DNA of 64,000 nucleotides from an uncultured Prevotella sp. (GTDB lineage Bacteria; Bacteroidota; Bacteroidia; Bacteroidales; Bacteroidaceae): NCBI GenBank assembly GCA_947167845.1, contig CAMVJQ010000004.1, positions 1,275 to 65,274 of the forward strand, read 5' to 3'. Shown piece by piece: positions 1 to 8,925 of this stretch (position 1 is its first letter; each line of letters starts with the position of its first letter). The notes under the pieces were generated by a model. It saw only the letters and a program-made list of their open reading frames with translations, ran no database searches and was not told where the DNA came from. The position numbers and the translations under genes were made by a program.

Positions 1-1
1 C

Positions 2-1867
2 CGGTGCAGCATCATCTCGTTCCACGACAAACTGGAGTTCGACCACAATTTAGGGAGTGACGATAACGACAACAAAGCAGATGACGAAAGTATTATCGAG
101 ACCAGTGACGCATCTGCCAATGTCAACTTCACCTCGGAGTTGGACTTCGACCTGAACTACTTCATCACCCTCGACGGCGATGTGCACTGGACCCCCTTCC
201 CCGTTCCCTACGTGGAGAAGTTCGAGACTGGTCTCGACGGCAGCATAGACCTCAACTCACAGTTGACCTTCGGTTTCAAGAAGGCCTGGCAGATCAAGAA
301 AAACAAGTTGAAGTGGAAGCTCTGCTCGTTCAATGCCTACACCTTCACCTTCTGGGTGGGTCCGGTGCCCGTTTGCGTGCAGTGTGAGCCTGAACTCTAT
401 CTGAAGGTGGACGGCGGCGTGTCGGGTGAGGCACGTGTCGGCGTGAAGTACGAGTATGCGAGCAACTTCAAGGGCGGTGTGCGCTACGAAGACGGTAAGG
501 GCTGGAGCGCCATCAAGGAGTTCAACGAACTGAAGAACAGTGCGGAACTCATCAAGCCCGAGGCTACCGTACACGCAGAAGCAGGTTTCGGCCTCTATCT
601 CGGTATGAACGTGATGATCTACGGTGTGGCTGGCCCGACGGCATCTGTCGGCCCGCGTATAGGAGGCTCTGCCGACTTCACCTTCTCTCCCTTCGCCGAC
701 AAGCCTGAGGACAAACTCAAGTTGGAGGCAGAACTGAAACTCACCGTCAATGCCACCGCCGGAGCCAAACTGAAGGTGCTGGGCTACGAACTGGCCGAAT
801 ACACAAAGACCTTTGAACTGGCAGGCCCTTGGACGCTGGTGAAATACCCCAGCGACGGCACGGAGCACGTCGTAGGTTCGGAGAATCCTATCGACCAGTC
901 GTGGTACACCTACTTAGCGGCTGTGAAGAATTATAGTTCATTCTGGCGTGCTGACATCGACAAGGCCCTCAACATGCTTAAGGAGACCTACGGCTACAAC
1001 GACGAACAGGCCGTGCATGCCCTGCTGGCATACGTTGCGACTCCCGGCGAAACAGCACCCCGGCAGGATCCAGACATTATGAGCATGTTCATGAGTCATG
1101 TGGAGTACATCTTCAACGAGGAGATTCAGCCGCGCTACGACGATTTCCAGTACCAGAAGCACGCCGCTGCCGGCGACACCAAGTGGATCAACGAGTTCAA
1201 CTGGCGCAAGATTTGCGACAGCATGAAGAGCAACCTCAGATGGGATTCCCTGACACCCGTCGACCAGGGACTGGAGGAGATCCATCAGTGGTTCCTCGAC
1301 GATTTCAATCGCGAGCCGTCAATGGCATCAGCCGACGACATGAAATGGCTTGAAAGAGTGTACAGCCAATACGCGTATGAGAAGGATAAGCGGGTACAAA
1401 AGCAAATAGAAGATGTATACAAGGCTCTTCAGGATAAGTATGCTGACAAGTACGCCCAGGATGCTACCACGTTTATGGCTGCCGCCAAGCAGGCGCATCT
1501 GGACTTCTTTCTTCAGTACGACTTCTATCCCGGTGTCAACGATCCACGTATGGAACAACTGTTCTTGACTGCCTGGGAGAAGATACAGAACGATATCAAG
1601 CAGCGTGAGCAGGAGGCTCAGGAAAAGAAGAAGCAAAAGGAGCAGGAGGAGCAGGCTGCCGCCGCCAACTGGGCAGAAGTGCTCAGCGTGCTGCAGAGCA
1701 TGAATGCCGCCGACTTCCAGAAATATCCACGCCAGTCAACCAAGTCCGCCAACAGTGCCCGCAAGTCGTTCGTTGAGAAGTACCATCGTGAGCCGACCAC
1801 CAGCCCGGAGGACATCGCCATCCTGAATGCCTCATTCCTCAGTATCATGGAGTATCACAGAGGATAA
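2..1867 (+). CDS. Large putative lipoprotein, 5'-truncated by the window edge; paralog of 8926..11391 with a different helical C-terminus
   Basis: Frame is open from base 2 (RCSIISFHDKLEFDH...) and aligns with SSRRIISAHNTIKFDH...DFDLNYFITL...FKGG.RYEDG.GWS.IKEFNE...LAG.WTL.KYP of the 8926 protein; diverges after KYP. Confidence 0.8.
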   Translation, partial: RCSIISFHDKLEFDHNLGSDDNDNKADDESIIETSDASANVNFTSELDFDLNYFITLDGDVHWTPFPVPYVEKFETGLDGSIDLNSQLTFGFKKAWQIKKNKLKWKLCSFNAYTFTFWVGPVPVCVQCEPELYLKVDGGVSGEARVGVKYEYASNFKGGVRYEDGKGWSAIKEFNELKNSAELIKPEATVHAEAGFGLYLGMNVMIYGVAGPTASVGPRIGGSADFTFSPFADKPEDKLKLEAELKLTVNATAGAKLKVLGYELAEYTKTFELAGPWTLVKYPSDGTEHVVGSENPIDQSWYTYLAAVKNYSSFWRADIDKALNMLKETYGYNDEQAVHALLAYVATPGETAPRQDPDIMSMFMSHVEYIFNEEIQPRYDDFQYQKHAAAGDTKWINEFNWRKICDSMKSNLRWDSLTPVDQGLEEIHQWFLDDFNREPSMASADDMKWLERVYSQYAYEKDKRVQKQIEDVYKALQDKYADKYAQDATTFMAAAKQAHLDFFLQYDFYPGVNDPRMEQLFLTAWEKIQNDIKQREQEAQEKKKQKEQEEQAAAANWAEVLSVLQSMNAADFQKYPRQSTKSANSARKSFVEKYHREPTTSPEDIAILNASFLSIMEYHRG

Positions 1868-1881
1868 TGCCGCCTGATGAT

Positions 1882-1928
1882 AAGCGGGGCACAGAAGGGT
1901 CAAAACCCTTTTGTGCCCCGCTTTTTTT
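1882..1928 (+). terminator. Intrinsic terminator
   Basis: aagcggggcacagaagggt-caaa-acccttttgtgccccgctt stem followed by a T-run; near-identical stem after the paralog at 11428. Confidence 0.85.
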
Positions 1929-1941
1929 GTAATTTCATCCG

Positions 1942-2871
1942 TCACTTTGCAACAGTGAGGTATTTGGCTCTGAGTTGCGTCTGTTCTTCCTTGGAGAATC
2001 CGAGTTGGTTTTCCAGGTATTGATCCATCGAGCCGTAGGTCTGGTCTATCAGGTCGAGCGCGGCCTCGAAGTTCGGAGTGCTCACGCCCACCATAGCCTG
2101 TATGAAGTCTACGGCAGCCGCGCCGCCATCCTTGTCGCGCACCTGTTCAGAGAGAGCCTCCACCTGTTTGGCATAACTCTGGTTAGACATGTCGAAGTCC
2201 TCGACGATGACCTGCCTGCTGGCCCCGAGAGCAGCCAGGAGCAGAGCCGATCCCCATCCGCAGCGGTCCTTGCCCTCTGAGCAGTGCCACAGCGCGCCGC
2301 CCTTTGCAGCCAGCACGCCACGCAGGAACTTGCCGTAGTTGGCCTGCGACTGCGGGTCGGTCACAATGAGCGGATAGAGTTGCTTGGCCAACGCCTGCGC
2401 CGTGGGGTCGAAGGCGTACTTCAGAAGCGTTTCCACCATGCCGGGGGTCGACAACTGTCCTGAGCCCGCACCCATCTCGGCCTGGGCTTTTATGATTGCC
2501 TGGGGCATCGTGGAGAGGTTGGTGTAGGTCACACCGTCGATGACGCGGTCGGGGGCCTCGGTCATTTCCAGGTCGAAGCGGAAGTCAAAGACGTCGCTCA
2601 GGTGATACTGGTTCTGGAGGATGGCCACGTCGGCATCGGTGGCCTTGGCGAGTTTGCCGCTCCGCACGAGCATGTCGAAGCGCACGGTGCGGCCGTCTTG
2701 CATGACGAGTCCGCCCATGTCGCGTGCGTTATCCACGCCCTCGAATTTGATGACGCGCTGTCTTGGGGTGACAACGGGATTGTCGGCAGTACTACTGCTG
2801 GTACACGACGTAAGCATGCCTTCGCCGCAGACGAGGGTGGCGGCAAACACCCAATAAAATAGTTTTTTCAT
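1942..2871 (-). CDS. Lipoprotein tyrosine/lipid phosphatase (Y_phosphatase3, MptpB/LipA-like)
   Basis: Lipobox LTSC; NARDMGG, RSGKL, DFR and P-loop HCSEGKDRCG. Confidence 0.85.
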   Translation of the reverse strand: MKKLFYWVFAATLVCGEGMLTSCTSSSTADNPVVTPRQRVIKFEGVDNARDMGGLVMQDGRTVRFDMLVRSGKLAKATDADVAILQNQYHLSDVFDFRFDLEMTEAPDRVIDGVTYTNLSTMPQAIIKAQAEMGAGSGQLSTPGMVETLLKYAFDPTAQALAKQLYPLIVTDPQSQANYGKFLRGVLAAKGGALWHCSEGKDRCGWGSALLLAALGASRQVIVEDFDMSNQSYAKQVEALSEQVRDKDGGAAAVDFIQAMVGVSTPNFEAALDLIDQTYGSMDQYLENQLGFSKEEQTQLRAKYLTVAK

Positions 2872-2907
2872 TGTTTAAAAAGCGTTTGTTATGACTGTAA
2901 TATTTTG

Positions 2908-2999
2908 CAAAGGTATTATTTTTTTTCAATCCAGCAAGTAAAAACGCATAATATTTTGGTGCGATAATGTCTGCAATCTGGAAATTATTCGTATATTTG
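2908..2999. promoter_or_regulatory. Divergent Bacteroidota -7 promoter boxes
   Basis: TACCTTTG on minus (2908-2915) and TATATTTG on plus (2992-2999) match TAnnTTTG. Confidence 0.6.
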
Positions 3000-3031
3000 C
3001 ACCAAAATTACAGCACCAGAGCAGAGTTGCG

Positions 3032-5407
3032 ATGAGAAGAATTGCCATATACCTATCTATATATATGATTATGTTTTGTGTCGCCAAGGCCCCGGCTCAG
3101 GACGACGCCAGGCAGCGCCAGGTCTATGCCCAGGCAGAGCGCGACTACCAGATAGGCCGCACCGGGCAGGCCCGCGACTCGCTGATGCTTCACCTGAAGA
3201 CCTTCCATGACAACCTGCGCCAGAACGCCCTGCGCCTCATCGCCCTCACCTGGCTGGAGAGTTTCGACATCAAGCAGACCGAGCAATATGCCGGGATGCT
3301 CCTGGAGCAGAATCCCTACTACACCGTGTCGTCGCAAGACCCGCCGGAGTTTGCCGACATCATCGGCCGCATCAAGGCCAGCATGACGGCTACCGTCACC
3401 ACCGCTTCGAGCCAGGCGGAGACCATCGAGGAGGCCCCACTGCCCGTGACGCTCATCACCGAGGAGATGATCCGCGACTGCGGGGCCCGCGACCTGCGCG
3501 AACTGCTGACCAACTACGTGCCGGGCATGGTGGCCGCCGAGAATAAGGAGCCGACGGTGGTGATGCGCGGACTCCTGAGTGAGGCACAGGAGAAAATACT
3601 CGTCATGCTCAACGGTCACCGCCTGAACGACTACAGCACCAACGTGGGCCGGCTGGACTATTCGATAAGCCTATCGAAGGTGAAGCGCATAGAGGTGGTG
3701 CGAGGCCCGGCATCGAGTCTCTATGGCGGCTCTGCCTACGTAGGCGTGGTGAACATCATCACCAAGACTGGCGGCGACATCGACGGACTACAGGTGGGGG
3801 CTGCCGCCGGCAACCGTGGCCAACTGAGGGGACAGGCTCTCTTCGGCAAGAGCCTGCCCTATCTCGACATCGTGGCCTGGGCCAGCGTCCATAAGACTGA
3901 CGGGCAGAAAACCTATTTCGAACAGGACAAACTTCACATAGACACTGATACGTGGGCCATTCGCAGGTGGATATGGCGCGGCGACATGACCACTGGCGTC
4001 TATAACCACAAGCCAGCCATGGACTTCGGCGCCGTGGCGAGATGGAGGGGGCTGACCTTCATGCACTCGACGCACTCGTCAAACTATGTCGTGCCCGTGG
4101 ACGCTGACGACTACACCCCCTTCGACAACAACCGCTATCCCGGCATCAACGGCAACAAGCCGGGCATCAGCCAGGCCAGCCATCACACCTCACTGGCCTA
4201 CGACTACCAGAAGGGGCCGTGGGCGCTGACGGCCGGGATAGACTACGACACGGGCAAGTACCAGGAATACATCACGAAGGGCGACAGCGTCAATGTATTC
4301 TTCGAACCATTCTACGACAAGACTGCGGATAGGGATCTGAAGGATATGCTTGGATACTACGAATACCGCGGATGGAGCAACAGCAATCTCTCGGCCAGCC
4401 TGAAGGGGGCGTGGAGTTACGCCATCGCCAACAACCATCAGGGCACCATCACCTTCGGTCTGCAGTCGGCAAGGTTCACCTTCAGCGACTACCAGGAATA
4501 CAATGGAGTGGACTTCAGCAGAATCTTAGAATCGACTTCAGACTGGCGAAACCAGACACACCACGAGAAGAACGTCAGCACCCACCTGCAGGTGAAGCAC
4601 CGGTGGGGCCCGGTGATTGCCAACGCGGGCGTGCGCTACGACCACGTGACGCGAAGAACGGGAGAGACCAACTCCGAACTGTCGCCGCGCGCGGCCCTGA
4701 TCCTGATGCAGCCCCGGTGGGGCGCCAAACTCTGCTATTCCACGTCGTTCGTCGACGTGGCCTTCAAATACAGAAGCGTCGCAGACCATGAGGGCTATGA
4801 ATGGCTGCGCCCTGAATACAACCGGTGCTGGCAGTTCACACTCTGGGGCAGGCAACTGCTCAAGGGGCTCAACGCAGAGGTTACTGCCTATCACTCCACG
4901 GCGGAAGGCATGCTTCAGATGGCATGGCTCCCCAGCATCGGGACAACGAGAAGCATAGGCGTGGAGTTAAGCGCCGACTACACCGCCGGGAAACTCGCCG
5001 TGCATGGCAACGCCTCATGGAAGCACATGCTGGAATATGACGGCAACATCGGCGAGGAGGGAATCGACCGTACAAAGGGCGACCCTAAGTTCTCTGCCAA
5101 TGCCACGGTGAGTTATCAACTGCTGCCCGGCCTCCGCCTTCACGCCAACGCCCACTGCATCGGGAAAAGGTATCTGAGAGTCACTTCCCATCTGAATGAG
5201 AACCGGGAATGGGTATTCGGTTCGGAAGAGGCCCCCGCCGTCGTGCTGTTTGATATCGGAGCCAACTGGAACTGGCGGAATCTCGGGGTGAATGTCAATA
5301 TCCACAACCTCCTCGGCAAGGAATACTGGCAGTCGGGTAGCAGCATCTCTTACACGCTGCCCCAGCAGCGCCGCTGGCTGCTCGTGGAACTGACATATAA
5401 GATATAG
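3032..5407 (+). CDS. TonB-dependent receptor with N-terminal helical (TPR-like) extension
   Basis: Plug motifs VTLITEEMIR, ILVMLNGH, RIEVVRGPASSLYG..A..GVVNIITK; C-terminal NLLGKEY...ELTYKI. Confidence 0.9.
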   Translation: MRRIAIYLSIYMIMFCVAKAPAQDDARQRQVYAQAERDYQIGRTGQARDSLMLHLKTFHDNLRQNALRLIALTWLESFDIKQTEQYAGMLLEQNPYYTVSSQDPPEFADIIGRIKASMTATVTTASSQAETIEEAPLPVTLITEEMIRDCGARDLRELLTNYVPGMVAAENKEPTVVMRGLLSEAQEKILVMLNGHRLNDYSTNVGRLDYSISLSKVKRIEVVRGPASSLYGGSAYVGVVNIITKTGGDIDGLQVGAAAGNRGQLRGQALFGKSLPYLDIVAWASVHKTDGQKTYFEQDKLHIDTDTWAIRRWIWRGDMTTGVYNHKPAMDFGAVARWRGLTFMHSTHSSNYVVPVDADDYTPFDNNRYPGINGNKPGISQASHHTSLAYDYQKGPWALTAGIDYDTGKYQEYITKGDSVNVFFEPFYDKTADRDLKDMLGYYEYRGWSNSNLSASLKGAWSYAIANNHQGTITFGLQSARFTFSDYQEYNGVDFSRILESTSDWRNQTHHEKNVSTHLQVKHRWGPVIANAGVRYDHVTRRTGETNSELSPRAALILMQPRWGAKLCYSTSFVDVAFKYRSVADHEGYEWLRPEYNRCWQFTLWGRQLLKGLNAEVTAYHSTAEGMLQMAWLPSIGTTRSIGVELSADYTAGKLAVHGNASWKHMLEYDGNIGEEGIDRTKGDPKFSANATVSYQLLPGLRLHANAHCIGKRYLRVTSHLNENREWVFGSEEAPAVVLFDIGANWNWRNLGVNVNIHNLLGKEYWQSGSSISYTLPQQRRWLLVELTYKI

Positions 5408-5413
5408 AAGGAG

Positions 5414-5701
5414 TTTTGCGACAGTTATGGCAAGCATTGCCATTTCTGCCGCAAATTTCGTATATGCGCCGCATGCTTCTCTGCCGGAAATCGTCTGTTT
5501 TGTTGGAATGAGCCGGAAATCGCCGTAACTTTGCATCGTCAAACAGAACAAATAAGTATAACAATAGAAAATAAAGAGATTATGGCAAAGACAAGAATGA
5601 TGGTAAAGCAGGTGCTCATGAGCATCGTTACCCTGGTGAGTTTCGTAATGGCACAGTATGAGGACTTCAGCCGCGTGACAAGTATCGGTGGCGGGCTCAT
5701 G
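5414..5701 (+). repeat. 288-bp promoter plus mini-ORF cassette, copy 1
   Basis: Near-identical to 11489..11776; 5' ~60 bp also at 8508; -7 box TAACTTTG at 5526. Confidence 0.9.
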
Positions 5702-5725
5702 AGCCGGACGGAAATGGCGGCTTGA
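5582..5725 (+). pseudogene. 47-aa mini-ORF whose start matches the signal-peptide start of the large lipoprotein family
   Basis: MAKTRMMVKQVLMSIVT vs MKKNSVLVKKVLMSIVT; shared DNA tggtaaag(c/a)aggtgctcatgagcatcgttacc; no lipobox Cys. Confidence 0.55.
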
Positions 5726-5796
5726 AGATTTTTCGGGTGAAAAAGTTTGCAGAGCAAGAAAAAAAACTACTTTTACATAAAAATAAGGAAAGCGAT

Positions 5797-7005
5797 ATGG
5801 AATTCAAGACAGACGACGGGAAATTGACAATCGCCCTGGAAGGAGAGATAGACTCCTGTAACGCCAAGGCCGTGGGCGAAGAGGTAAGGGAGATCCTGGC
5901 TGCACATAGGCAGATGCCGGTCGTGTTTGACGCAAGCGGCCTTCACTACATCTCAAGCGCCGGCCTGAGGGTGCTGCTCGGCGTGCAGAAGCTCAAGGCA
6001 CCGGAGAAGGTGACGGTTCAGAACCTGACGCGGGGCATCTACGAGATATTCGACGAGACAGGGTTCACAGACCTCATGGACGTGAAGAGGAGGGTACGCG
6101 AAATCTGTCTGGAGGGTGCCAAGGTCATTGGCGAAGGTCAGAGCAGCACGGTGTATAGGATAGACCGTGAGACCATCGTCAAGCTCTACAAACAGGGTGT
6201 GCCGCTGGCCAAGATAGAGCAGGAGAAAGACTTCTCGAAGAAGGCCTTCGTGGCCGGCATACCCACGGTAATCTCCTACGACCTGGTGAAGTGTGGCGAC
6301 AACTACGGCGCCGTGTTCGAGATGGTGGACCATGCCGACACCGTGGGGCACACGCTGACAGCCCACCCCGACCAGTTCGACAGCATCATGCGGAAATTCG
6401 TGGATGCCTACCGTCTGATTCATCATACCAACATCGAAGACATGGGCGGTTTCGTCTCGCTGAAGGACACCTGGATGCGATGGGCCGACGGCATGCAGGC
6501 CAATGGCTCCTTCCTGCCTGCCGAGTGCGATATGCTGCGGAGGATGATTGATGCCATACCAGAACGCCCGACGATGGTGCATTGCGACTTCCATGCCGGC
6601 AACGTGATGTATCAGCGCGACCGGATAGTGGTGATCGACATGGCCGACATAGGCTATGGCCACCCCATATTCGACCTGGCTGGCGGTGCCTTCCATGCCC
6701 GCTACAGCCACTTCCCCACCCGGCAGAAGGTGCACGGCATGAGTCAGGACGGTATGCTGCGCTTCTGGGACACGCTGCTCAGGCTCTATTTCAATACCGA
6801 CGACGAGCAGCGACTGGAGGAGATTCGCGAGATGACGAGTGCCTTCGGACTGCTGCGCGGCGCGCTCTTCCCCATGAAGCACGTGCAGATAAAGCCCGAA
6901 GTGAGGGACTATCATGTGGCAGAGACGCGCCAGCATCTCTTCCCCCGCATCGACTGGGCAATGGATCAGGTAAAACGTCTGGATGAATTTTTTGGAAAGG
7001 AGTGA
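5797..7005 (+). CDS. STAS (anti-sigma antagonist) domain fused to APH/choline-kinase-like phosphotransferase
   Basis: LEGEID, DASGLHYISSAGLRVLL (STAS); IGEGQSSTVY, HCDFHAGN, IDMAD kinase motifs; ATG start chosen at 5797. Confidence 0.85.
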   Translation: MEFKTDDGKLTIALEGEIDSCNAKAVGEEVREILAAHRQMPVVFDASGLHYISSAGLRVLLGVQKLKAPEKVTVQNLTRGIYEIFDETGFTDLMDVKRRVREICLEGAKVIGEGQSSTVYRIDRETIVKLYKQGVPLAKIEQEKDFSKKAFVAGIPTVISYDLVKCGDNYGAVFEMVDHADTVGHTLTAHPDQFDSIMRKFVDAYRLIHHTNIEDMGGFVSLKDTWMRWADGMQANGSFLPAECDMLRRMIDAIPERPTMVHCDFHAGNVMYQRDRIVVIDMADIGYGHPIFDLAGGAFHARYSHFPTRQKVHGMSQDGMLRFWDTLLRLYFNTDDEQRLEEIREMTSAFGLLRGALFPMKHVQIKPEVRDYHVAETRQHLFPRIDWAMDQVKRLDEFFGKE

Positions 7006-7010
7006 GCAAT

Positions 7011-8264
7011 ATGAAAAACAAGCAAGTCATCTTTACCCTTGCCGCACTGCTGGCAGGCATCGTCTGTGGTCTGTTGATGCAGTACTGCCTGGACGGGCAG
7101 ACGCTGACAACCGTCAAAGGCAGCGTCTTGTCGCCTGTGCGCGACGTGTTCCTCAACGCGCTGAAAATGCTGATGGCCCCCGTGACGTTCTTCGCCATCC
7201 TCTCGGGCGTGACCAATATATCCGACACCTCGCTGTTGGGAAAACTGGGCGGCAAGATGGTCGGCGTGTCAGTCTTCATGCAGGTGCTGACGACGCTGTT
7301 CGGCCTCGGCCTGGCGCTGCTCCTGTTTACTGGCGACCTGACGTATATTCAGGAGGGTATTCACGTCACGGATGGTAAGGTGGGCGTGGGCGATTATCCC
7401 TCGCTGACAGAGTTGCTCTTCGGCATCGTGCCCAAGAACCTGGTCGACCCGTTCAAGGGGGAGAACATCCTGCAGACGATCTTCATCGCCATATTCTTCG
7501 GCATCGTCATCAACAAGATGGGCGACAAGGCCCGTCGCCTGGTGGAGCTCAGCGACCTCATGTTCCAGTTCTCTATCGTCGCGCTGAAGATGATTGTCCA
7601 CATCATTCCCTTCATCGTGTTCCTGAGCATGACCGCACTCTTTGCCAGCACAGGCATCACGACCATCCTGGCCTTCGGCAGACTGTTTGGCGGACTGGCC
7701 GTCGGCGTGCTGATAGTATGGGTCGTAGGGGCTCTGACGACACTGCTCTTCGCACGGCTGTCACCACTCTGCCTGACCAGGCGCCTGGCAGCACTCAGCC
7801 CGCTGGTGTTCACCGTGTCAAGCTCCCATGCGCGACTGCCTTTCGTGCTGAAGTTCTGTAGCGAGCGGCTGGGCATCGACCCGAAGCTGGCGGCATTCTC
7901 CATCCCCGTGGGGGTGCAGCTCAACAAGGCTGGCAACTGCATCTTCTTCTCGCTGATGACCATGCTGATGATACGTGTGTACGACATCCCGGTGACGCCC
8001 GACCTGATGCTCACCCTGCTCGTCTCCGTGTGCATCATGTCCATCGCCAAGCCGCCTGTCCCCTGCGGCGGCATCATCTGCCTGGCCTATCTCTTCTCGC
8101 TTGTCGGCGTTCCCGCAGAGGCCATTTCCGTCGTACTCTGCATAGACCCCATTGCAGCGATGTTCAATGGCGTCTGCAACGAGAGTGCCAACATCACCAC
8201 GTGCTTCATCCTCGCCAAGGATAACAAGATGCTGGACAAGGACAAATACTATGGAAGAAGTTAG
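7011..8264 (+). CDS. Dicarboxylate/amino acid:cation symporter (DAACS family)
   Basis: FLNALKMLMAPV, IVPKNLVDPF, ILQTIFIAIFFG, FTVSSSHARLP, FSIPVGVQLN; many TM segments. Confidence 0.9.
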   Translation: MKNKQVIFTLAALLAGIVCGLLMQYCLDGQTLTTVKGSVLSPVRDVFLNALKMLMAPVTFFAILSGVTNISDTSLLGKLGGKMVGVSVFMQVLTTLFGLGLALLLFTGDLTYIQEGIHVTDGKVGVGDYPSLTELLFGIVPKNLVDPFKGENILQTIFIAIFFGIVINKMGDKARRLVELSDLMFQFSIVALKMIVHIIPFIVFLSMTALFASTGITTILAFGRLFGGLAVGVLIVWVVGALTTLLFARLSPLCLTRRLAALSPLVFTVSSSHARLPFVLKFCSERLGIDPKLAAFSIPVGVQLNKAGNCIFFSLMTMLMIRVYDIPVTPDLMLTLLVSVCIMSIAKPPVPCGGIICLAYLFSLVGVPAEAISVVLCIDPIAAMFNGVCNESANITTCFILAKDNKMLDKDKYYGRS

Positions 8265-8414
8265 AAGAATTAAGAGTTAAGAATTAAGAGTTAAGAAATG
8301 TCGGCTATCGCCGAGTAAGAGGTAATATGTAAGAGTGGGCCTACGGAGTACATTATCCGTCTTACATCTTACTCGCAGCGAAGCGAGAATACTTCTAAAA
8401 TCTAAAATCTAACT
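8265..8414. repeat. Heptamer tandem repeats flanking imperfect inverted repeats
   Basis: aagaatt/aagagtt x5 at 8265-8299; cgagtaaga...tcttactcg IR; tctaaaa repeats at 8392-8414. Confidence 0.7.
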
Positions 8415-8423
8415 TAGGACTAC

Positions 8424-8479
8424 GGGTCAATCCCAAAAGTCGGTCACTACAACAGGCTTCTGGGACTGATCCCCTTTTT
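8424..8479 (+). terminator. Hairpin/terminator; related hairpin at 32470..32604
   Basis: gggtcaatcccaaaagtc...gcttctgggactgatccc followed by a T-run. Confidence 0.55.
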
Positions 8480-8507
8480 CAGAGTTTCATTTTTTCTTTT
8501 TCATGTG

Positions 8508-8627
8508 TTTTGCGACAGTTATGGCAAGGTTTGCCGTTTCTGCCGTAAATTCCGTATATGCGCCGCAAGAGGGAGAGTTGAAAAATGGAAGAATTGAAGG
8601 ATTGAAGCCAGAAAGTGCGTAACTTTG
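8508..8627 (+). promoter_or_regulatory. Promoter with conserved upstream operator-like motif
   Basis: TTTTGCGACAG at 8508 and TAACTTTG at 8620 (112-bp offset, as at 5414, 11489 and 31699). Confidence 0.75.
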
Positions 8628-8777
8628 CATCGTCAATCAGACAAAACAACGTTCTTTGACTTAGTGATACAGATTACGATAAAAGAGGTACAGACCGCAG
8701 CGCCTCACCTGAGGTGCTTACTACATCAGTTTCGCCCTGGCTGAAAACAAGAAAAGGGCAACCCGGCAAGAACGTAG

Positions 8778-8875
8778 AGACCTCCCCTAACCCCTCCTGT
8801 AGGAGGGGGATAGTTACTACAGAAGGGCTTGCAGGGTATTCATCCCCCTCCTACAGGAGGGGTTAGGGGAGGTCT
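8778..8875. repeat. REP/MITE-like element with perfect 33-bp inverted repeats
   Basis: agacctcccctaacccctcctgtaggaggggga (8778-8810) and its reverse complement (8843-8875); second copy at 32500. Confidence 0.85.
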
Positions 8876-8925
8876 ACTACATAACAATATATAAATAGGT
8901 ATAAACAAATAAAAAGATAAAGATT

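Noticed and set aside
1211..1221. TTTGCGACAG match inside the first CDS
   Set aside because: Coding context; no inverted half-site and no -7 box at +112
1874..1928. CTGATGA before a hairpin (also at 11418), resembling a hammerhead ribozyme core
   Set aside because: No GAAA after the stem and no stems I/III; explained as a shared terminator of paralogs
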